Positions 1 to 11,247 of a stretch of 64,000 bases of DNA are shown here, piece after piece; positions within the stretch are counted from its first letter, which is position 1; each line of letters opens with the position of its first letter. The notes under the pieces were generated by a model. That model saw only the letters and a list, made by a program, of their open reading frames with translations, was not told where the DNA came from and did not search any database. Source of the stretch: Lautropia sp. SCN 69-89. Its GTDB lineage: Bacteria; Pseudomonadota; Gammaproteobacteria; Burkholderiales; Burkholderiaceae_E. The DNA is taken from assembly GCA_001724855.1 (NCBI GenBank), contig MEED01000018.1:27703-91702 (forward strand). The letters are read 5' to 3'. Made by a program: the position numbers and the translations under genes.

Positions 1-2
1 AG

Positions 3-938
3 CTCGAATACTTCGTCCACGTCGCCGAACTGGGCAGCTTCAGCAAGGCGGCGCTGGTGCTCGACATCGCCCAGCCTGCGCTCAGTCGCCAGGTGCGCGC
101 GCTCGAGACCGACCTGCGCGAAACGCTGCTGCTGCGCAACGGCCGCGGCGTGCAGCTCACCGAGGCCGGGCAGCGCTTGTTCGAGCACAGCGTGGGCATC
201 CTGCAGTTGGTGTCGCGCGCCCGCGAAGACATGGGCGCAAGCCGCGACGAGCCGGTCGGGCGGATCGTGATCGGCCTGCCACCGAGCATGGGACGCCAGC
301 TCACGCTGCCGCTGATCGATGCGTTCCGCCAGCAGCTGCCGCGCGCGCGGCTGGCCATCGTCGAGGGGCTCTCGGCGCACATCACCGAATGGATCGTCAC
401 CGGCCGCGTCGACCTCGGGCTGCTGCACAACCCGGAGGCGGCGCCCGCGCTCGAAATCACGCCGCTGCTCGACGAGCCCCTGTGCCTGGTGCAGCCGGCG
501 CCCGGCGGGCAGGCGCGCGGCCGCGGGCGTGGCCGCACGGCGCGCGGCCCGCTGCCGCTGCGCGAGCTGCCGGGCTTCCCGCTGATCGTTCCCGACCGCT
601 CGCACGCGATCCGCAAGCTGCTCGAGACGCAGGCGATGCTGGCCGGCCTCGCGCTCGACATCGCCTGGGAAGTCGCCAGCGTGCCGTCGATCATCGACCT
701 GGTCTGCGCCGGCTACGGCTACGCGGTGCTGTCGGCGGGCGCGGTCGCGGCCTCGGGGCGCGCCGCGGAACTGGCGGTGCGTCCGCTGGTCGAGCCGCAA
801 CTGAGCAGCGTGCTGTGCTTGGCCACCTCCGCGCACAAGCGGCCGACGCCGCTGGTACGCCACGCGTCGCGGCTGCTGCGCGAACTGGTCGAGGCGCTGC
901 CGATGCCGCGGCTCTCCATGCCGACCCGGCATAGCTGA
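3..938 (+). CDS. LysR-family transcriptional regulator (5' truncated by window edge)
   Basis: Frame open from base 3: LEYFVHVAELGSFSKAALVLDIAQPALSRQVRALE is a LysR HTH; substrate-binding domain follows; directly upstream of the lig operon. Confidence 0.92.
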   Translation, partial: LEYFVHVAELGSFSKAALVLDIAQPALSRQVRALETDLRETLLLRNGRGVQLTEAGQRLFEHSVGILQLVSRAREDMGASRDEPVGRIVIGLPPSMGRQLTLPLIDAFRQQLPRARLAIVEGLSAHITEWIVTGRVDLGLLHNPEAAPALEITPLLDEPLCLVQPAPGGQARGRGRGRTARGPLPLRELPGFPLIVPDRSHAIRKLLETQAMLAGLALDIAWEVASVPSIIDLVCAGYGYAVLSAGAVAASGRAAELAVRPLVEPQLSSVLCLATSAHKRPTPLVRHASRLLRELVEALPMPRLSMPTRHS

Positions 939-1013
939 TATCGGCCAGCCCTGCTGAAATGGTGGGAGCCGCGTGCGAAAATCGCGGATCCCGCCCGGTT
1001 CGAGAGCCGATCC

Positions 1014-2132
1014 ATGCAGACCGCCATTCCCTGCCTGTTCATGCGCGGCGGCACGTCGCGAGGCCCGTTCTTCGACGAGGCCGAGCTGCCGTCGGACATC
1101 GCCACGCGCGACCGCGTGCTGCTCGCCGTGATGGGCTCGCCCGACCGCCGGCAGGTCGACGGACTCGGCGGCGCGCATCCGCTCACCAGCAAGGCAGGCA
1201 TCGTCAGGCGCAGCACGACCGCCGGCGTCGACCTCGACTTCCTGTTCGCGCAGCTGCAGCCCGACCGCGACACGGTCGACACCACGCCGAACTGCGGCAA
1301 CATGCTCGCGGCGGTCGTGCCGTTCGCGCTCGAGACCGGGCTCGCCGACGCGCAAGGCGACACGACCACGCTGCGCGTGCTCACGCTGAACACCGGCATG
1401 CAGTGCGACATCACCGTGCGCACGCCGATGACGCCGGGCGGCCGCCACGTCGCGTATGCGGGCGACGCGCGCATCGACGGGGTGCCGGGCAGCTCGTCGC
1501 CGATCACGATCAATTTCCTCGACACCGCGGGCTCGGTCTGCTCCGGGCTGCTGCCCACCGGCCGCGTGCTCGACGAGATCGACGTGCCGGGTGTCGGCCG
1601 CACCCAGGCCACCTGCATCGACAACGGCATGCCGATGGTGCTGTTTCGCGCCGCCGACATGGGCCGCACCGGCTACGAGTCGGCTGCCGAGCTGAACGCC
1701 GACACCGAGCTGAAGACGCGCGTGGAAGCGCTGCGGCTGGCCGCCGGCCGGCTCATGGGGCTGGGCGACGTCACGAAGAAGACCTACCCGAAGATGTGCC
1801 TGGTCGCCCCGCCGCGCGCCGGCGGCAGCCTGTCGACGCGCTGCTTCATCCCGCACGTCTGCCACGATGCGATCGGCGTGCTGGCGGCGGTCACCGTGGG
1901 CACGGCCTGCGTGCTCGAAGGCTCGGTCACGCAGGGGATCGCGAGCCTGCCGCAGGGCACCGTGAAGACCGTCTCGGTCGAGCACCCCAGCGGCGAGTTC
2001 AGCGTGGAGCTCGAGCTCGACCCGGCCAATCCGCAGAACGTGGTGCGCGCCGCGCTGCTGCGCACCGCCCGGCTGATCATGCGCGGCGAGGTCATGATTC
2101 CCGCATCGGTCTGGAAAGGAAGGCAACGATGA
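1014..2132 (+). CDS. ligU: 4-oxalomesaconate tautomerase (PrpF/LigU/GalD family)
   Basis: MRGGTSRGPFF, GGAHPLTSK, NCGNMLA, VEHPSG PrpF-family motifs; lig operon context. Confidence 0.88.
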   Translation: MQTAIPCLFMRGGTSRGPFFDEAELPSDIATRDRVLLAVMGSPDRRQVDGLGGAHPLTSKAGIVRRSTTAGVDLDFLFAQLQPDRDTVDTTPNCGNMLAAVVPFALETGLADAQGDTTTLRVLTLNTGMQCDITVRTPMTPGGRHVAYAGDARIDGVPGSSSPITINFLDTAGSVCSGLLPTGRVLDEIDVPGVGRTQATCIDNGMPMVLFRAADMGRTGYESAAELNADTELKTRVEALRLAAGRLMGLGDVTKKTYPKMCLVAPPRAGGSLSTRCFIPHVCHDAIGVLAAVTVGTACVLEGSVTQGIASLPQGTVKTVSVEHPSGEFSVELELDPANPQNVVRAALLRTARLIMRGEVMIPASVWKGRQR

Positions 2133-3154
2133 TCATCGACATCCACGGGCACTACACCACCGCGCCGAAGGCGCTCGAAGACTGGCGCAACCGGCAGGTC
2201 GCCGCCCTGAAGGATCCGTCGCTCGCGCCGAAGGTGTCCGAACTGAAGATCGGCGACGACGAGCTGCGCGAGTCGATCGAGAAGAACCAGCTCGCGAAGA
2301 TGAAGGAGCGCGGCAGCGACCTCACCGTGTTCTCGCCGCGCGCGAGCTTCATGGCGCACCACGTCGGCGACTTCCGGACCAGTTCGACCTGGGCAGCGAT
2401 CTGCAACGAGCTCTGCTACCGGGTGAGCCGGCTCTTCCCCGACCACTTCATCGGCGCGGCGATGCTGCCGCAGTCGCCCGGAGTCGATCCGAAGACCTGC
2501 ATCCCCGAGCTCGAGAAGTGCGTGAACGAGTACGGCTTCGTCGCGATCAACCTGAACCCCGATCCGTCCGGCGGCCACTGGACCTCGCCGCCGCTGTCCG
2601 ACCGCCACTGGTACCCGATCTACGAGAAGATGGTCGAGCTCGAGATCCCGGCGATGGTCCACGTGAGCACGAGCTGCAACGCCTGCTTCCACACCACCGG
2701 CGCGCACTACCTGAACGCCGACACCACCGCGTTCATGCAGTGCCTCACCTCCGACCTGTTCCGCGACTTCCCGACGCTGAAGTTCGTGATCCCGCACGGC
2801 GGCGGCGCGGTCCCGTACCACTGGGGACGCTTCCGCGGGCTGGCGCAGGAGCTGAAGAAGCCGCTGCTGAAGGATCACCTTCTGAACAACGTCTATTTCG
2901 ACACCTGCGTCTACCACCAGCCGGGCATCGACCTGCTGGCCAGGGTGATCCCGGTCGACAACATCCTGTTCGCCAGCGAGATGATCGGCGCGGTGCGCGG
3001 CATCGATCCCGAGACCGGTCACTACTACGACGACACGAAGCGCTACATCGAGGCCTCGGCGCTCTCCGCCGAAGACCGCTACAAGGTCTACGAAGGCAAC
3101 GCGCGGCGCGTCTATCCGCGGCTCGACCGTGCGCTGAAGGCGCGCGGCCTCTGA
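2129..3154 (+). CDS. ligJ: 4-oxalomesaconate hydratase (amidohydrolase family)
   Basis: [13 protein letters not shown] start, [27 protein letters not shown]; ATGA overlap with ligU. Confidence 0.93.
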   Translation: MIIDIHGHYTTAPKALEDWRNRQVAALKDPSLAPKVSELKIGDDELRESIEKNQLAKMKERGSDLTVFSPRASFMAHHVGDFRTSSTWAAICNELCYRVSRLFPDHFIGAAMLPQSPGVDPKTCIPELEKCVNEYGFVAINLNPDPSGGHWTSPPLSDRHWYPIYEKMVELEIPAMVHVSTSCNACFHTTGAHYLNADTTAFMQCLTSDLFRDFPTLKFVIPHGGGAVPYHWGRFRGLAQELKKPLLKDHLLNNVYFDTCVYHQPGIDLLARVIPVDNILFASEMIGAVRGIDPETGHYYDDTKRYIEASALSAEDRYKVYEGNARRVYPRLDRALKARGL

Positions 3155-3170
3155 CACGAAGGAGCGATCC

Positions 3171-3860
3171 ATGCCCATGTACAACCTCGGCATCGTCAAG
3201 CGCAACATCCAGCGCGCCGATCCCGCCGCCGTCGCCAGGCTCGCGCGCTTCGGCGTGGCCACCATCCATGAGGCGATGGCGCGCACCGGGCTGATGAAGC
3301 CCTACATGCGGCCGATCTACACGGGCGCGCACCTGTGCGGCACCGCGGTGACGGTGCTGCTTCACCCGGGCGACAACTGGATGATGCACGTGGCCGCCGA
3401 GCAGGTCAGGGACGGCGACGTGGTGGTGGCCGCGTGCAGCGCCGACAGCGAGGACGGCTTCTTCGGCGACCTGCTGGCCACCTCGTTTCGCGCACGTGGC
3501 GCGCGCGGCCTGGTGATCGACGGCGGCGTGCGCGACGTGAAGGACCTCACCGCGATGCAGTTCCCGGTGTTCTCGCGCGCGATCAGCGCCAAGGGCACGA
3601 TCAAGGCCACGCTGGGCTCGGTCAACGTTCCGGTGGTCTGCGCCGGCGCGATGGTGAACCCGGGCGACGTGATCGTCGCCGACGACGACGGCGTGGTCGT
3701 CGTGCCGGCCGCGATGGCGCAACAGGCGGCCGACGCCGCCGAGGCGCGCGAGGCGAACGAGGCCGACAAGCGCGCGAAGCTCGCCTCGGGCGTGCTCGGG
3801 CTCGACATGTACAAGATGCGCGAAGCCCTCGAGAAGGCCGGGCTCAAGTACATCGACTAG
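3171..3860 (+). CDS. ligK: 4-carboxy-4-hydroxy-2-oxoadipate aldolase / oxaloacetate decarboxylase
   Basis: RraA-like fold motifs [39 protein letters not shown]. Confidence 0.93.
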   Translation: MPMYNLGIVKRNIQRADPAAVARLARFGVATIHEAMARTGLMKPYMRPIYTGAHLCGTAVTVLLHPGDNWMMHVAAEQVRDGDVVVAACSADSEDGFFGDLLATSFRARGARGLVIDGGVRDVKDLTAMQFPVFSRAISAKGTIKATLGSVNVPVVCAGAMVNPGDVIVADDDGVVVVPAAMAQQAADAAEAREANEADKRAKLASGVLGLDMYKMREALEKAGLKYID

Positions 3861-3874
3861 CCGCGCGAACGATC

Positions 3875-4810
3875 ATGCCCATCCCGTCCGATCCCCTGCT
3901 GTGGCGCATCGGCCTCGTCGGCTACGGCGAGGTCGGCCGCATCCTCGCCGAAGACCTGCGCGCGCACGGCGTCGCCCGCGTCAGCGCGTTCGACCTGAAG
4001 CTCGCCGGCGATGCCGCGGCACCGCTGCGCGAGCACGCCGGTGCCCACGGCGTGACGCTCGCCGCCACGCACGCCGAACTCGCGGCCGGCGCCGACTTCA
4101 TCGTCTCGGCGGTCACCGCGAGCCAGGCGGTGCCGGTGGCCCAGGCGTGCACGCCGGCGATCCGCGCCGGCACCTGGTTTCTCGATTTCAACTCCGCGTC
4201 GCCGGGCGCCAAGCGGCGCGCCGCGCAGCTGATCGACGGCGCCGGCGGCCGCTACGTCGAAGGCGCGGTGATGACCTCGATTCCGCCCTACCGCATCCGC
4301 GTGCCGCTGCTGCTCGGAGGGCCGCACGCCGCGGCGCTCGCGCCGCTGGCCGGCGCACTCGGCTTCGACGCGAAGGTCGCCTCCGCGAAGCTCGGTGTCG
4401 CCTCGGCCACGAAGATGTGCCGCAGCGTGATGATCAAGGGGCTCGAGGCGATGGTGATCGAGAGCTTCACCGCCGCGCGCGCCTACGGTGTCGAGGATGC
4501 GGTGCTGGCTTCGCTCGCCGAAACCTTTCCCGGCATCGACTGGGAGCGGCAGGGCAGCTATTTCTTCCAGCGCGTGATCCAGCACGGGCGGCGCCGCGCC
4601 GAGGAAGTGCGCGAGGTCGCGCAGACGGTGCGCGAGGCCGGACTCGAACCCTGGTCCGCGGCCGGCACCGCCGAGCGCCAGGCGTGGATGGCCGACCTCG
4701 CCGACGCCGGTGTCTTCGGCGACAAGAACGCGCCGCGCGGCGACTGGCGCGCCGAGGCCGACCGGATCATCGCCAGGTTCGCGGCGGCCGGCATCGGCCG
4801 CGACGACTGA
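3875..4810 (+). CDS. NAD(P)-dependent oxidoreductase, 6PGDH/3-hydroxyisobutyrate dehydrogenase-like with DUF1932-type C-terminus
   Basis: Rossmann motif IGLVGYGEVG; KMCRSVMIKGLEA; HGRRRAEEVREV. Confidence 0.8.
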   Translation: MPIPSDPLLWRIGLVGYGEVGRILAEDLRAHGVARVSAFDLKLAGDAAAPLREHAGAHGVTLAATHAELAAGADFIVSAVTASQAVPVAQACTPAIRAGTWFLDFNSASPGAKRRAAQLIDGAGGRYVEGAVMTSIPPYRIRVPLLLGGPHAAALAPLAGALGFDAKVASAKLGVASATKMCRSVMIKGLEAMVIESFTAARAYGVEDAVLASLAETFPGIDWERQGSYFFQRVIQHGRRRAEEVREVAQTVREAGLEPWSAAGTAERQAWMADLADAGVFGDKNAPRGDWRAEADRIIARFAAAGIGRDD

Positions 4811-4844
4811 CGACGAAAGCGCGAATCCGCAGCGAAGGACGACG

Positions 4845-5765
4845 ATGCAATTCCAGGTGACCCCGGGCTGGCTGCCCTTTTGCCCGAACCCGTCGAAGCC
4901 GCGCTTCCAGGTGCCGGCCGGCGCGGTCGACGCGCACTGCCACGTGTTCGGCCCCGGCGCAGAGTTTCCCTACGCGCCCGAGCGCAAGTACACGCCCTGC
5001 GACGCGTCGAAAGACCAGCTGTTCGCGCTGCGCGAGCGCCTCGGCTTCGCACGCAACGTGATCGTCCAGGCCACCTGCCACGGAAGCGACAACCGCGCGC
5101 TGGTCGACGCACTGCTGCATTCGGACGGGCGCGCCCGCGGCGTGGCCACCGTGCGGCGCAGCGTCACCGAGACCGAGCTGCGCGCGATGCACGACGCGGG
5201 CGTTCGCGGCGTGCGCTTCAACTTCGTCAAGCGACTGGTCGACTTCACGCCGAAGGACGAACTGATGGAGATCGCGGCGCGCATCGCGCCGCTGAGCTGG
5301 CACGTGGTCGTCTACTTCGAGGCGGCCGACCTGCCCGAACTGCAGGACTTCTTCACCGCGCTGCCGACCACGGTGGTCGTCGACCACATGGGCCGGCCCG
5401 ACGTGCGCAAGCCGGTCGACGGCCCGGAGTTCGAACTGTTCGTGAAGTTCATGCGCGACTACCCGAACGTCTGGTCGAAGGTCAGCTGCCCCGAACGGCT
5501 GAGCGTCTCGGGACCTCCGGCGCTCGACGGCGAGCGCAACGCCTATCGCGACGTGGTGCCGTTCGCGCGGCGCATCGTCGAAGCCTTCCCCGATCGCGTG
5601 CTCTGGGGCACCGACTGGCCACATCCGAACCTGAAAGACCACATGCCCGACGACGGCTTGCTGGTCGACTTTATCCCCCACATCGCGCCGACCGCCGAAC
5701 TGCAACGCAAGCTGCTGGTGGACAATCCGATGCGGCTCTACTGGCCGGAACAATCATCGCGATGA
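4845..5765 (+). CDS. ligI: 2-pyrone-4,6-dicarboxylate hydrolase
   Basis: VDAHCHVFGP, VIVQATCHG, GVRFNFVKRLVD, DHMGRP, WGTDWPHPN. Confidence 0.93.
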   Translation: MQFQVTPGWLPFCPNPSKPRFQVPAGAVDAHCHVFGPGAEFPYAPERKYTPCDASKDQLFALRERLGFARNVIVQATCHGSDNRALVDALLHSDGRARGVATVRRSVTETELRAMHDAGVRGVRFNFVKRLVDFTPKDELMEIAARIAPLSWHVVVYFEAADLPELQDFFTALPTTVVVDHMGRPDVRKPVDGPEFELFVKFMRDYPNVWSKVSCPERLSVSGPPALDGERNAYRDVVPFARRIVEAFPDRVLWGTDWPHPNLKDHMPDDGLLVDFIPHIAPTAELQRKLLVDNPMRLYWPEQSSR

Positions 5766-5795
5766 ATCCCCCTCATCCCACGGAACCGTGGCGCG

Positions 5796-8669
<2,874 letters not shown>

Positions 8670-8680
8670 CGCGGCCCCCG

Positions 8681-9679
8681 ATGCGCACCGGCCACGGCGC
8701 ACCGGTTCGCTCGCCCTGGCGCCGCGCGCTGCTCGGGGCAGTGGCCGGCGCGGCCGCGTGGCCCGGCGCGTTTGCCCAGCGCGACTATCCGAACCGCGCG
8801 ATCACGCTGGTCGTGCCGTTCGCGCCCGGCGGCATCGCCGACCTCACCGCGCGCGTGGTCGCGCGCTCGATGGGCAGCGCGCTCGGGCAGTCCATCGTGA
8901 TCGACAACCGGCCGAGCGCGGGCGGAATCGTCGCGACCAGCGCGGTGGTCAATGCCGCGCCCGACGGCTACACCGCGCTCATGCTGAGCAATGCGAACGC
9001 GATCAGCGCCAGCCTGTTCCGCAAGCTGCCGTTCGACGTGACGCGCGATCTCGCACCGGTCGGCACGATCGGCTTCTTCGACCTGGTGCTCTGCGTCGAC
9101 TGGGGCTCGCGCTTCCGGACCTTGCCCGACCTGCTCGCGTGGACCCGCGCGAATCCCGGGAAGCTCACGATCGGCACGATCGCGATCGGATCGACGCAGC
9201 ACCTGGCGGCCGAATTGTTCGCGTCGCGCGCCGGCGTCGACGCGGTGATCGTGCCGTACAAGGCAACGCCGGCGGTGCTCACCGCGCTGCGCGGCGGCGA
9301 GATCGACCTGGCGTTCGAGATCCTCGGCCCCGCGTTGCCGCAGATCGCGGGCGGCGCGCTGCGGCCGCTGGCGGTCAGCGCCGCGCGCCGGAATCGCGTG
9401 CTGCCGACCACGCCGACGGTGCAGGAGGCCGGCGTCGCGGACTACGACGTGGCGTCATGGAACGCGCTGGCGGTGCCCGTCGCGACGCCGCAGCCGATCG
9501 TCGCCCGGCTGAACGCCGCGATCCGCGATGCGCTCGCGGTGCCCGCGGTCGCGCAGCGGCTGCTCGAGATGGGCGTTCGCCCGCAGGCCGGCACGCCGGC
9601 CGAGCTCGAGGCGCTGCTGGCCAGCGAGATCGGGCGCTGGCGTGAGGTGATTCGCGCGGCCCGCATCGAGCCACAGTGA
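8681..9679 (+). CDS. Bug/TctC-family tripartite tricarboxylate transporter substrate-binding protein
   Basis: YPNRAITLVVPFAPGGIAD, DNRPSAGG, APDGYT, VPYKAT, PTVQEAG; signal peptide. Confidence 0.92.
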   Translation: MRTGHGAPVRSPWRRALLGAVAGAAAWPGAFAQRDYPNRAITLVVPFAPGGIADLTARVVARSMGSALGQSIVIDNRPSAGGIVATSAVVNAAPDGYTALMLSNANAISASLFRKLPFDVTRDLAPVGTIGFFDLVLCVDWGSRFRTLPDLLAWTRANPGKLTIGTIAIGSTQHLAAELFASRAGVDAVIVPYKATPAVLTALRGGEIDLAFEILGPALPQIAGGALRPLAVSAARRNRVLPTTPTVQEAGVADYDVASWNALAVPVATPQPIVARLNAAIRDALAVPAVAQRLLEMGVRPQAGTPAELEALLASEIGRWREVIRAARIEPQ

Positions 9680-9700
9680 CTCGAGCGGCCGCGACTCGTT

Positions 9701-10070
9701 CCGCGCCTCGGCGATTGACCACCCTGTTCCACTGGTCGACGATCGCGGTGCGGTTGGCGGCGTAGTGGTCCCAGTCGACGCGCCTGAGCCTGTCGGCGGT
9801 CGGTACCGTTTCCACGACCTCCTTCGGCACCGCGGCCGTCGAGTTCACCGGCCGTCCGCCTCCTGCGCGCGACCAGGCCTCCCGGGCCGGCACGCTCAGC
9901 ATGTGGTTGATGAACGCCTCGGGTGCTGCGCCCGCGCTGGCGTTCTTCACGCGCGTGATGTTCATCGACACGGCATACGCGCCCTCGGCCGGGATGGCAA
10001 AGCGCAGGTCCGCGAGATCGGGGGCCTTCCTCATGGCGAGGATGTTTCCGCTGAAGTATGGCGTGGCCCT
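9701..10070 (-). pseudogene. 3' remnant of a PotD/PotF-like ABC transporter substrate-binding protein
   Basis: About 120 codons reading FAIPAEGA..TRVKNA..EAFINHMLS..RPVN..VDWDHYAANRTAIVDQWNR; no N-terminal two-thirds; CGA where a stop would be expected after VNR. Confidence 0.7.
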
Positions 10071-10076
10071 GCCTCG

Positions 10077-10106
10077 GGCGACTCGAGGCGGCCGCCCTCG
10101 AGCGCC
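10077..10106 (-). terminator. GC-rich hairpin just downstream of the LuxR gene (possible terminator)
   Basis: Stem ctcgagg/cctcgag (10082-10088/10096-10102) with outer ggcg/cgcc; no clear U-tract. Confidence 0.35.
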
Positions 10107-10119
10107 GCGAGGGCCTCGA

Positions 10120-11109
10120 TCAGTCGATGCCAAGCTCCCTGGCGAGCGCGACGACGTTGTTCACGCCCAGCTTCTGGTAGATCGCCTGGATCTGGTTTCT
10201 CACCGTTGCCGGCGATCGGCCCAGCGCCCGGGCGACGTGCTTGTGCGTGCCACCCTGTGCGAGCAGCTTCGCGATCGTGTACTCGCGTTCGGTGAGGCTG
10301 TCCACCGGCTTGCGCGGGCGCGCCCGCAGGAACATCAGCCCGCGGTCGAACCAGCAGCGCACGACCGTCGTTTCGCCGCGCCAGGGTCTCGACCCGGGCC
10401 CCGATTCACGGGTGAAGTGCTCGAGCAACGGGGGCGGCAGGGTGCGGCCGTTGCTGCCGCTCCATTCGCCGCGCATCGACGCTTCGAAGCCCGCGTCGGC
10501 GTGATACAGCACGCCGCGCGCATCGGCAATCGCGACGCCTTCGGCTGCGCCGGGCCGGTTCGAACGCAACGCGTCCAGGTGCGTGAGCCGGTTCATCGCG
10601 AGCGCCTGCATGACATGCGGGGCGAGCAACTCCAGAAGTCCGCGCTCGCGTTCGCCGCAGTGCGCGTCCGCGTCGGCCCGGTACAGCGAAATCCACTGGA
10701 CCAACCGCGTGTCAGGGAGCAGGTTGGCGCTGATCAGCATGTTCGCGTGCCCGAACTTCCCGCACAGTGCGCGCATGCCGCTGTGTTCGCGCCCCGCGAA
10801 CAGGCTCGGCGAATGGAAGGCGAGCGTCGCCCGCGGCGTCCGGCTCAGCATGGCGACAGCCGTGTCCTGATGCTTGACCTCCTCGTAGAAGTCGAGCATG
10901 TCCTGCGACGAGTTGTGCAGGTGGATGCTGTGGATGTCGATGCCGGCTTCGGTATTCGTCGCCGTGCCCCACATCGAGGAGTCGAACGGCAGCGCGCGCT
11001 TGACGATCGACAGGGCCACGTCCTGGAACGCGTCGAGCGGCTGTTCGGAAGCGGCCCGGTACAACGAGAGGAGCGAGTCGCTGAATTCGTCCAGCCGCCG
11101 TGTCGCCAT
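10120..11109 (-). CDS. LuxR-type HTH transcriptional regulator with uncharacterised N-terminal sensor region
   Basis: C-terminal LTEREYTIAKLLAQGGTHKHVARALGRSPATVRNQIQAIYQKLGVNN. Confidence 0.88.
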   Translation of the reverse strand: MATRRLDEFSDSLLSLYRAASEQPLDAFQDVALSIVKRALPFDSSMWGTATNTEAGIDIHSIHLHNSSQDMLDFYEEVKHQDTAVAMLSRTPRATLAFHSPSLFAGREHSGMRALCGKFGHANMLISANLLPDTRLVQWISLYRADADAHCGERERGLLELLAPHVMQALAMNRLTHLDALRSNRPGAAEGVAIADARGVLYHADAGFEASMRGEWSGSNGRTLPPPLLEHFTRESGPGSRPWRGETTVVRCWFDRGLMFLRARPRKPVDSLTEREYTIAKLLAQGGTHKHVARALGRSPATVRNQIQAIYQKLGVNNVVALARELGID

Positions 11110-11141
11110 TCGAGTGTCTTCCCCTGTTGCGCGCTTCGCAC

Positions 11142-11159
11142 ATGGTGCATTTGCACCAT
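11142..11159. promoter_or_regulatory. 18-bp palindrome ATGGTGCA-TT-TGCACCAT, candidate operator
   Basis: Perfect 8-bp arms in the AT-richer gap between the divergent LuxR and lipoprotein genes. Confidence 0.55.
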
Positions 11160-11247
11160 TCAGCTTGCGAGGCCGGTACTTTAGCGTAGGGCCGCCTGCG
11201 GTTCATGCGGATGAACCCCGTCTTTCCTCCACTCGACGCGAGAACAC

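Noticed and set aside
499-560. RG-rich insertion (GGQARGRGRGRTARG) in the LysR effector domain
   Set aside because: Short low-complexity loop typical of GC-rich genomes; no support for function
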